A stretch of DNA of 54,088 nucleotides from Minisyncoccota bacterium (GTDB lineage Bacteria > Patescibacteriota > Minisyncoccia > Phycocordibacterales > UBA9973), in assembly GCA_018062505.1 (NCBI GenBank), contig JAGOSA010000001.1, forward strand, positions 35,434 to 89,521, written 5' to 3'. A program made the position numbers and the translations under genes. A model generated the notes under the pieces. That model was not told where the DNA came from and did not search any database. It saw nothing but the letters and a program-made list of their open reading frames with translations. How positions within the stretch are numbered: position 1 is the first letter of the stretch; each line of letters opens with the position of its first letter. This document shows, one piece after another, positions 46,277 through 52,850 of the stretch.

Positions 46277-46437
46277 TTTTATGTAAATTTACGGGTTCTG
46301 GCTATATTATAGCACACAATATGCTACTTTGTCAATAAAGCCAGTTTTCCCCTGCTAGGAGGCCCCTTCCCCTTGTCAGCCCCTAAAACGTGGTACTATA
46401 TGTGGGTTATTACTAAGTAATCAATAAATAGCAATTT

Positions 46438-46710
46438 ATGGCAACTACACCAAAAGCAAAGTCTGCGAATTCAGCGTTCATGAAGCCTATGACAATCAGC
46501 GAAGATCTCGCAGCCGTTGTCGGTAAGGGCCCAATGCCTCGCTCAGAAGTCGTTAAGGCTATCTGGGTCTACATCAAGAAGAACGATCTTCAGGATCCTA
46601 AGAACAAGCGTAACATCGTCGCTGACGCAAACCTCAAAAAGGTTTTCGGTGGCAAGGCGGTAGTCAACATGTTCGAAATGACAAAGCTCGTTTCAAAGCA
46701 CCTCTCATAA
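46438..46710 (+). CDS. SWIB/MDM2-domain protein
   Basis: LAAVVGKGPMPRSEVVKAIWVYIKKNDLQDPKNKRNIVADANLKKVFG is the canonical SWIB core. Confidence 0.8.
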   Translation: MATTPKAKSANSAFMKPMTISEDLAAVVGKGPMPRSEVVKAIWVYIKKNDLQDPKNKRNIVADANLKKVFGGKAVVNMFEMTKLVSKHLS

Positions 46711-46726
46711 GTTTTGTTTTCCCCGC

Positions 46727-46752
46727 AAAAGCGCCCATCATCGGGCGCTTTT
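46727..46752 (+). terminator. rho-independent terminator
   Basis: AAAAGCGCCC-atcatc-GGGCGCTTTT. Confidence 0.75.
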
Positions 46753-46779
46753 GTCATTAAAGTGTAGTAAAATGTTCTC

Positions 46780-47238
46780 ATGCAAGAACTTACTTGGATT
46801 ATGCCGGCATCGCACAAAGAAAGAAGCGTAGACTGGTTTTGGGCAATCGGCATCATTACGCTCGTCGGTGCCGGAACAGCATTCTTCGTCAACAATGCGC
46901 TCTTTGGTATTTTCATTCTCCTTGGCGGCGGATTGCTTTTCTATACAAACCTCAACAAGCCGAACGACACATCTATACATATCAATGAAAAAGAAATAAC
47001 CGTCAGCGGACTGAGCTACAAGACAAATAAAATGAAAGGCTTTGCAGTCGTCAAAAACGCGAAAGACCAGAATTTGCTGATTGTGCGAACAGATCGCTTC
47101 TTTTTGCCTATTCTCATTATCCATGTCGCCGACCACGTCTCGGTAGAGCAACTTGAAGACATGCTCGAGAAGCGTATTCCTAAGGAAGACCTTCGCGAAC
47201 CACCAGCAAATGCTGTGGCTGAGAAGCTTGGATTCTAG
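46780..47238 (+). CDS. hypothetical 2-TM membrane protein
   Basis: 152-aa ORF with two N-terminal TM helices (WFWAIGIITLVGAG, LFGIFILLGGGLLFY). Confidence 0.4.
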   Translation: MQELTWIMPASHKERSVDWFWAIGIITLVGAGTAFFVNNALFGIFILLGGGLLFYTNLNKPNDTSIHINEKEITVSGLSYKTNKMKGFAVVKNAKDQNLLIVRTDRFFLPILIIHVADHVSVEQLEDMLEKRIPKEDLREPPANAVAEKLGF

Positions 47239-47302
47239 ACGAAATGGGGTGTTTAGCGTATAGTATCTCCGCGCGAGCCTTATAGTCGCGCTCAAGAAAG
47301 AC

Positions 47303-47374
47303 GGCCCCGTCGTTCAATGGATAGGACATGAGTTTGCGGAATTCAAGATGCAGGTTCGATTCCTGCCGGGGTCA
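47303..47374 (+). tRNA. tRNA-Arg (anticodon GCG)
   Basis: GGCCCCG TC GTTC AATGGATA GGAC A TGAGT TTGCGGA ATTCA AGAT GCAGG TTCGATT CCTGC CGGGGTC A. Anticodon positions 34-36 are G336 C337 G338. Confidence 0.85.
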
Positions 47375-47409
47375 CACGCTAGTGCGAGGTTCGGGAGACC
47401 GAGAGGGAT
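47372..47409. repeat. 38-bp direct repeat, left copy (identical to 52851-52888)
   Basis: tcacacgctagtgcgaggttcgggagaccgagagggat. It overlaps the last 3 nt of tRNA-Arg(GCG). Confidence 0.95.
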
Positions 47410-47437
47410 ATCCCTTTCTAATATCGAACTTTTAAAA

Positions 47438-47467
47438 CAAAAGTCGCCAATTGGCGACTTTTGTTTT
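47438..47467. terminator. bidirectional terminator just inside the island
   Basis: Perfect palindrome CAAAAGTCGCCAA/TTGGCGACTTTTG followed by TTTT. Confidence 0.75.
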
Positions 47468-47488
47468 CGGATTCGGCCTTTTCATTTT

Positions 47489-48046
47489 TTATTGCGACTC
47501 ACTACTCACACCATTCCTCGCGACATTTTCAGCATCTAGAATTATCCCGTTAATGACATTTATATATTCCTTTTCTGGCGAGGTTATTTGGTCGGTTAAT
47601 TTACCCTCCTTGTACCATGTACAAATGCTACTGTTAACGACATAGAATTCATCTTTAGTCATAGTTGGAACTGAAGCAGGATCCTCTATCGGCGCGATTT
47701 TATAACTAGTAAGCTCATCAATGACTTTTACCACTTTTTTGTCCTTAAGAACAACTGAGACTGTTCTGAATCCTGTTTCCCCGGAATGCTTATCTTCAAT
47801 CAAAACCACATCATTATTCTTATCAGTAAAAATTCTTCTATATGAGCCATCTGTAGCTTGTCTGTCTAGTTCATTTTCTTGAACATTATAATTACCACTT
47901 TCAGCAAGAACCTTACTTACATACGAATCAATTTCTGACTGATTCGAGCTACAATTAATGGCAATATTTTTATCGTGTTTATTATATGCAATGATGCCAA
48001 CTGCAAATAAAACTATAATTATGAGAATTGATATATATTTTTTCAT
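47489..48046 (-). CDS. hypothetical N-terminally anchored/secreted protein
   Basis: MKKYISILIIIVLFAVGIIAYNK anchor. It is AT-rich with no motif. Confidence 0.45.
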   Translation of the reverse strand: MKKYISILIIIVLFAVGIIAYNKHDKNIAINCSSNQSEIDSYVSKVLAESGNYNVQENELDRQATDGSYRRIFTDKNNDVVLIEDKHSGETGFRTVSVVLKDKKVVKVIDELTSYKIAPIEDPASVPTMTKDEFYVVNSSICTWYKEGKLTDQITSPEKEYINVINGIILDAENVARNGVSSESQ

Positions 48047-48054
48047 TAATTCAA

Positions 48055-48468
48055 TTAGTCCTCGTAAACAGATACAGTTGTGACTATTTCTCCATCAAAA
48101 GTCACTTTAAGCCATTTATTATCTGCCGCCGTAAAATCTATCCAGTATAGCCACACGGAAGCATTGTATGTATTATCATCGATACCAATTAGATCTTTAA
48201 CTTGTTCTTTATTCTTGCCAATTAGATTGGCTGATCTTATGAGCGAATATGCCATCTTCTTTCGGTTAGATAATTCCCGGTATGCAGAGTTGCCATCTAC
48301 ATTGGAACTTTGGAATCTTTCATATGATTTAACCCATTCAATTGAGTCAAATTTTTTAGGAAAAATATAATTTCTTATATTTGGAGTAGAAAAGCATATG
48401 GCGACGATGGCTAGTAAAGTGATTAATACAATTATTATTATTATTATTATTTTGGTTCTTTTAGTCAT
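48055..48468 (-). CDS. hypothetical N-terminally anchored protein
   Basis: MTKRTKIIIIIIIVLITLLAIVAICF anchor with no motif. Confidence 0.45.
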   Translation of the reverse strand: MTKRTKIIIIIIIVLITLLAIVAICFSTPNIRNYIFPKKFDSIEWVKSYERFQSSNVDGNSAYRELSNRKKMAYSLIRSANLIGKNKEQVKDLIGIDDNTYNASVWLYWIDFTAADNKWLKVTFDGEIVTTVSVYED

Positions 48469-48469
48469 T

Positions 48470-48607
48470 TTATTTCTTTATTTGGGAATTTTTTAAGATG
48501 AACTGATCTTCCCGAACTTCCAATGTAATAAACGGCCAAGTTATTTGCCAAGAGCCAATCCATGCCCCACCACGAAATTTATTATTTCGATTTATATCAT
48601 TAAACAT
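48470..48607 (-). pseudogene. truncated 45-codon copy of the N-terminus of the 48898-49227 gene
   Basis: Translation is MFNDINRNNKFRGGAWIGSWQITWPFITLEVREDQFILKNSQIKK*. It lies in the 124-bp repeat, and its ATG overlaps the upstream stop by 1 nt. Confidence 0.6.
48484..48607. repeat. 124-bp direct repeat copy 1 (119/124 identical to 49104-49227)
   Basis: Base-by-base comparison of the two copies gives 5 mismatches. Confidence 0.95.
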
Positions 48608-48867
48608 TAGAGAATAATAATCAATAACTGTGTTATCGCACCAAGCATTATTATCAAAGCAACTATTATTATCAGTGAATAGGAACTTTTATCCGATCTG
48701 GCTTCCATACTTTCTAATACTTTTTGATTTAGAAAATCTTTACGTTTAGATAAATAGCTCTTTTGAAGTGAGTACATTTTCTTTCTGTAGATGATTGCAA
48801 TGATGCTACCAATTATCAACATAATTAAAACTACTATTTGATATATATCTCCTATTTTATCTTGCAT
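48607..48867 (-). CDS. hypothetical 2-TM small membrane protein
   Basis: The TM helices are IYQIVVLIMLIIGSIIAIIY and YSLIIIVALIIMLGAITQLLIII. Confidence 0.45.
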   Translation of the reverse strand: MQDKIGDIYQIVVLIMLIIGSIIAIIYRKKMYSLQKSYLSKRKDFLNQKVLESMEARSDKSSYSLIIIVALIIMLGAITQLLIIIL

Positions 48868-48897
48868 TATTTTTTAGATCTTCTTATTCATTTTTTA

Positions 48898-49227
48898 CTA
48901 AACTCTTGCACCATACCAACCAAATTTTTTAAGAGAATCAATCAAACTATCAAATCGAAAGCTCCAGTACCAAAAATAATATTTAGTTTCCTTAGATTTA
49001 TCACGGAGTACAATGTTGATGCCGTGACCGATTATTGGTAGATATTTTTTTACCTCGATTTTTTCGACTGAGTCACGGGTAAAATAGTATTCTTTCTTGA
49101 ATAGGGAATTTTTTAAGATGAGCTGATCTTCCCGAACTTCCAATGTAATAAACGGCCAAGTTATTTGCCAAGAGCCAATCCATGCCCCGCCACGAAATTT
49201 ATTATTTTGATTTATATTATTAGACAT
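48898..49227 (-). CDS. hypothetical protein (109 aa), full-length copy of the duplicated N-terminus
   Basis: MSNNINQNNKFRGGAWIGSWQITWPFITLEVREDQLILKNSLFKKEYYF... The start lies 2 nt after the stop of the upstream orphan fragment. Confidence 0.5.
   Translation of the reverse strand: MSNNINQNNKFRGGAWIGSWQITWPFITLEVREDQLILKNSLFKKEYYFTRDSVEKIEVKKYLPIIGHGINIVLRDKSKETKYYFWYWSFRFDSLIDSLKKFGWYGARV
49104..49227. repeat. 124-bp direct repeat copy 2
   Basis: See 48484-48607. Confidence 0.95.
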
Positions 49228-49232
49228 TATTA

Positions 49233-49481
49233 TTTTCTTATATTATTGATAATATTTTTAATACCCCGACCAACAGAAGATCCTGCAGAACTTACACTAC
49301 TTTTAAAGTTATTAATCACATTAGAAATATTACCTTGAAAAATTGGATATGTTTTACTTACACCCCCACTGAATGTAATAGGAATAGCAATAGGGCTTAG
49401 TCTTGCCCCTACTCCGATACCGACATCTGTTCCAGTGTATCCTCCATTGGAAAAGTTAGTCGTAACATCTCCACCGAGCTT
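49233..49481 (-). pseudogene. orphan 3' fragment of a Gly/Ser-rich protein gene (no start codon)
   Basis: An 83-codon open frame between an in-frame TAG (49482-49484) and TAA (49230-49232). It reads KLGGDVTTNFSNGGYTGTDVGIGVGARLSPIAIPITFSGGVSKTYPIFQGNISNVINNFKSSVSSAGSSVGRGIKNIINNIRK. No ATG is present, and the only alternative start is near the end. Confidence 0.5.
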
Positions 49482-49536
49482 CTATTTGAAGCGTAGCAAA
49501 AGGAATATCAACAATCAATGAGTTGTGGATATTCTT

Positions 49537-49557
49537 TTACTGCACGGTGTGCAGTAA
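49537..49557. promoter_or_regulatory. perfect inverted repeat TTACTGCAC-GGT-GTGCAGTAA, candidate LexA-type operator
   Basis: The 9-bp arms are perfectly complementary. The core CTG-N9-CAG resembles the CTG-N10-CAG SOS box. It lies 60-80 nt upstream of the lexA-like ATG. Confidence 0.5.
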
Positions 49558-49577
49558 CCTCTATATTCATTATCCAC

Positions 49578-49606
49578 TTGCATTTTTGTTTACCTGTCTG
49601 TATACT
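49578..49606 (+). promoter_or_regulatory. sigma70-like promoter of the lexA-like/cap5/CD-NTase operon
   Basis: TTGCAT (49578-49583), a 17-nt spacer, then TATACT (49601-49606). The ATG is at 49617, which implies a very short leader. Confidence 0.45.
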
Positions 49607-49616
49607 ACTGTTTACC

Positions 49617-50240
49617 ATGCATACCGCACTAAGTGAGAAGGATAAAAAGGCCTTCACATTCATCCGGAACCGCATTATTCACTTTGGGAAGAGTCCTTCC
49701 CTTCGTGAGATAAACACGGTAACCGAAGATAAGTCACCCCGCTCGGCAAGTTTGGTAATCAATCGGCTTATTCATGCTGGTTTGATACGAAAGATCGAAG
49801 ACAAAATTCTGCTTACATCAAATATTGACCAATTACAGGACTCAGTGACGACAGTAAAAGTTCCACTCGTCGGATCAGTCCCCTGCGGATCACCCATGCT
49901 TGCAGAAGAGAACATTACAGCCTATATATCTGTTTCAACAGCACTTGCCAAACCAGGATCAAAATATTTCCTTCTTCGTGCCGTGGGAGATTCCATGAAT
50001 CTCGCCGACATCAATGATGGTGATATTCTCCTCGTTCGGCAACAAAGCATGGCTGAAAACAACCAACGAGTGGTTGCTCTCATTGACGACGAAGCGACCG
50101 TAAAGATTCTCGAAAGAAAAAATGAGTACGTTATTCTTCGACCAAAATCATCCAACAAAGAACACAAGCCAATTGTCTTAACAGATAATTGCAAGATCCT
50201 AGGCGTAGTTATTTCAGTACTACCATCGGATCTTCACTAG
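49617..50240 (+). CDS. lexA: LexA-type repressor (winged HTH + S24 self-cleaving peptidase domain)
   Basis: The N-terminal LSEKDKKAFTFIRNRIIHFGKSPSLREIN...SASLVINRLIHAGLIRK forms the HTH. The linker is VPLVGSVPCGSPMLAEENI (C-G where LexA has A-G). The Ser motif is AVGDSM and the Lys motif EATVKIL. Start taken at MHTALSE; the track ORF start at 49518 would cover the promoter. Confidence 0.8.
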   Translation: MHTALSEKDKKAFTFIRNRIIHFGKSPSLREINTVTEDKSPRSASLVINRLIHAGLIRKIEDKILLTSNIDQLQDSVTTVKVPLVGSVPCGSPMLAEENITAYISVSTALAKPGSKYFLLRAVGDSMNLADINDGDILLVRQQSMAENNQRVVALIDDEATVKILERKNEYVILRPKSSNKEHKPIVLTDNCKILGVVISVLPSDLH

Positions 50241-50243
50241 TTC

Positions 50244-51405
50244 ATGCACACAACAGAAAATTCCGGAAAATCCGTCAAACGTATTTCAAGAGATAAAATT
50301 AAATCACCTACTAAGGATGTTTTAATTGTCCGCTCTGGTGGGAGATGTCAGTTTAATGGATGCAATCGATATCTTTTTAAACATTCTCTTACTCAAGACG
50401 AAGGTAATTACGCACAAGTTGCCCACATTGTCGCATACAGCAAACAAGGTCCTCGAGCGAGCCAATTGCTTACTAAAGAATACATTAATGACCCAGAAAA
50501 CTTAATGCTTCTTTGCCATGAGTGCCACCACCTTGTGGACACAAAACCTGAATCGTATACTGTCGAACTACTTAAAAAGTATAAACACGAGCACGAGGAG
50601 AGGGTATTTCAGCAAACTGAAATAAAATCAGAATTAAAAACCTCAATCCTTCAACTGAAATCAATCATAGGGAGCCAGGCGGTGGATATCCCTGCAGCTG
50701 ATGTTCGAATGGCAATAGCGCCTCGTTTCCCTGTTGATGCGAAAGGATGTGTTATGGATCTTACTCAATTTTCCCAAGAAGATCCGGCATTTTATAGTGT
50801 CGCTAAAGACTACATAAACAAACAAGTGGATGCTTTCCTTTCGGCAGGAGTAGAGTCATTGCCCATTAAGCACATTTCCCTATTTGCTCTCGCTCCAATA
50901 CCAATTCTCGTATTCCTTGGATCGAAGCTCGGAAACAAGATTGCGCTGAATGCTTATCAAAGGCACAGAGACACGGAAGATTGGAAATGGAAAGACAATG
51001 AAGACCCTCTTGTTTTTACTTACGAGAAAATTAAAAACGGCAACGATCCACACCAAGTTTCTCTTGTCGTTTCGGTGAGCGGAAATATTATGTCCGATAA
51101 TCCGCCGAATTTTACCGACGACACGAGCGTATACCTGCTGACACCAGAAGGCGGCAAAGCCGGCTATTCTATTCTGAAAAATGCCGAAAGTGTACACAAT
51201 TTTCAAAAAAACATACCGAGAGCTTTTGAGTTTAATCCTTAAAGAACATTCAGGACTTTCGGAAATCAATCTTTTTGCAGCATGCCCCGCCCCTATCGCC
51301 ATTCACTGCGGCAGAGAGATTATGCCCAAAATTGATCCTAGGGTAATAGTTCACGATTATAACAGGACTGCCGGAGGCTGGCTGGAAGTATTAAAAATTA
51401 ACTAG
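50244..51405 (+). CDS. cap5: Cap5-like CBASS effector: N-terminal HNH endonuclease + SAVED domain, interrupted by a 1-nt frameshift (frame 0 ends 51242; frame +1 continues 51178-51405)
   Basis: The HNH domain reads CQFNGCNRYL...HIVAYSKQGPR...NLMLLCHECHHLVD. The two SAVED halves are ISLFALAPIPILVFLGSKL...YQRH and, in the +1 frame, INLFAACPAPIAIHCGREI...VHDYNR. An A7 run lies at 51205-51211. Confidence 0.75.
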
Positions 51406-51414
51406 TTGAAAATT

Positions 51415-52716
51415 ATGAACAACATAAACAATTACCTTCAAGAGTTGCTCGTCTCTCAAAACCTAACGGAAGAACAAGAAGAAACTCTGCAGTCACACAA
51501 AGAAGAAGTTACCAGCTTCCTGCGTGCTAAATTTGGAGACAGCCCAAAGATAAAATATGCTGGTTCAAAGGAAAAAGGTACAATGATTCGCGACAACTAC
51601 GATCTAGATATTGTTTGTTACTTCCCTAGCACCGACGAACGCACATTGAAAGAAATCCGTGAAGACGTTTCAGATCACCTTGGTGAAAAATATATGATGG
51701 AAGACAAAGCTTCCGCTGAACGTATCTTAGATCTGAAAGATTCCAATAGCCCTCGTGGATACCACATTGATGTTGTACCAGGAAGATTCATCGAGGGCAC
51801 AAATGATGTTTTCCTTCACCTTGCCGAAGGCGACAAAGAACGACTCCAAACAAATCTTAAAACTCACATTAGCCACATCGCCAATAGCGGATGTGTTCCA
51901 GTTATCCGTCTCGCAAAAATTTGGGCACATCGAAACAAGATAGAGATTAAAACATTTATACTCGAACTGTTTATCGTTGAAATTCTAAATGACAGCAAAA
52001 CAAAAGATGATCTTGAAAAATCGTTCCTAATAGTGATCGAAGCAATGAAAGATCGTTTTAATTCGATCCAAATTATTGATCCAGCCAACACAAACAATAT
52101 TGTTTCTAAACTAATGGAGCCTACAGCAAAAACTGCAGTTGTATATGCCGCAGAAGGTGCTTATGAACAAATTGAAGATTCAAATAATCTATCAGATTGG
52201 AAAAGTATTTTTTGCGATACTTCTAAAGAAAATATTACTCCAGTCGTAATAGAGAATTCACGCGACTTAGCGCTATCAGACTTTTCTCATCGACAGGATT
52301 TGTCAGATGAAGGTATTGTCGACTACGGCACATACCCATGCTCTGTAGAAATTAAAGCTGAAATTTGGTTCCGTGGCCCGCACGATAAAAAAATAAATCG
52401 ACGCTCTCATGGTTTTGTAAATTCTAAGACACTTATTCCAACTTGGCATGAAATTGATTACACTGCGACAACCGATGCCCCGATGCCATACGATATTTAC
52501 TGGCAAGTAGTTAATACTGGCATGCATGCAAGTCAAAAGAATGGTCTTCGTGGAGAAATTTTCCCCGGCGAAAGAGTCAGAACAGAACACACATTATTTC
52601 ATGGAGTTCACTGGATTGAGTGCTTTATAGTCTCAAAAGAAGGGGTTTGCATAGCGCGCAGCGGTCCCTTTTATGTTGCGTTTCGTAACCCAAACTTTCT
52701 TCAGCTACCTTCTTAG
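51415..52716 (+). CDS. SMODS/CD-NTase-family nucleotidyltransferase with C-terminal AGS-C-like beta-rich domain
   Basis: The Pol-beta NTase motifs are YAGSKEKGTMIRDNYDLDIV and HIDVVPG. The OAS/CD-NTase-type helix is RLAKIWAHRNKIEIKTFILELFIVEIL. A C-terminal ~145 aa (...YDIYWQVVNTGMHASQKNGLRGEIF...HGVHWIECFIV...) follows. TTG at 51406 is an alternative start directly after the cap5 stop. Confidence 0.75.
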   Translation: MNNINNYLQELLVSQNLTEEQEETLQSHKEEVTSFLRAKFGDSPKIKYAGSKEKGTMIRDNYDLDIVCYFPSTDERTLKEIREDVSDHLGEKYMMEDKASAERILDLKDSNSPRGYHIDVVPGRFIEGTNDVFLHLAEGDKERLQTNLKTHISHIANSGCVPVIRLAKIWAHRNKIEIKTFILELFIVEILNDSKTKDDLEKSFLIVIEAMKDRFNSIQIIDPANTNNIVSKLMEPTAKTAVVYAAEGAYEQIEDSNNLSDWKSIFCDTSKENITPVVIENSRDLALSDFSHRQDLSDEGIVDYGTYPCSVEIKAEIWFRGPHDKKINRRSHGFVNSKTLIPTWHEIDYTATTDAPMPYDIYWQVVNTGMHASQKNGLRGEIFPGERVRTEHTLFHGVHWIECFIVSKEGVCIARSGPFYVAFRNPNFLQLPS

Positions 52717-52850
52717 TTAATTCAAACTGTGTCTCATTTGTCTCATTTCTAAAAACTAACCCTTGACCGAGAGGGTTCACCGCCTCGCCGCCAAAAGTGC
52801 TAGAATACCCTTATACGGTCTCACCTCTCTTGGTTCTAGACCGACGAGCT

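Noticed and set aside
48484-49227. Possible CRISPR-like array or IS terminal repeats
   Set aside because: There are only two copies. They are direct, 124 bp long and 620 bp apart, and both encode the same protein N-terminus. No transposase gene or inverted termini are present.
49518-49616. 33-codon N-terminal extension of the lexA-like ORF
   Set aside because: The extension (MSCGYSFTARCAVTSIFIIHLHFCLPVCILLFT) covers the palindrome and the -35/-10 elements. It has no LexA similarity. MHTALSEKDKK aligns with LexA N-termini.
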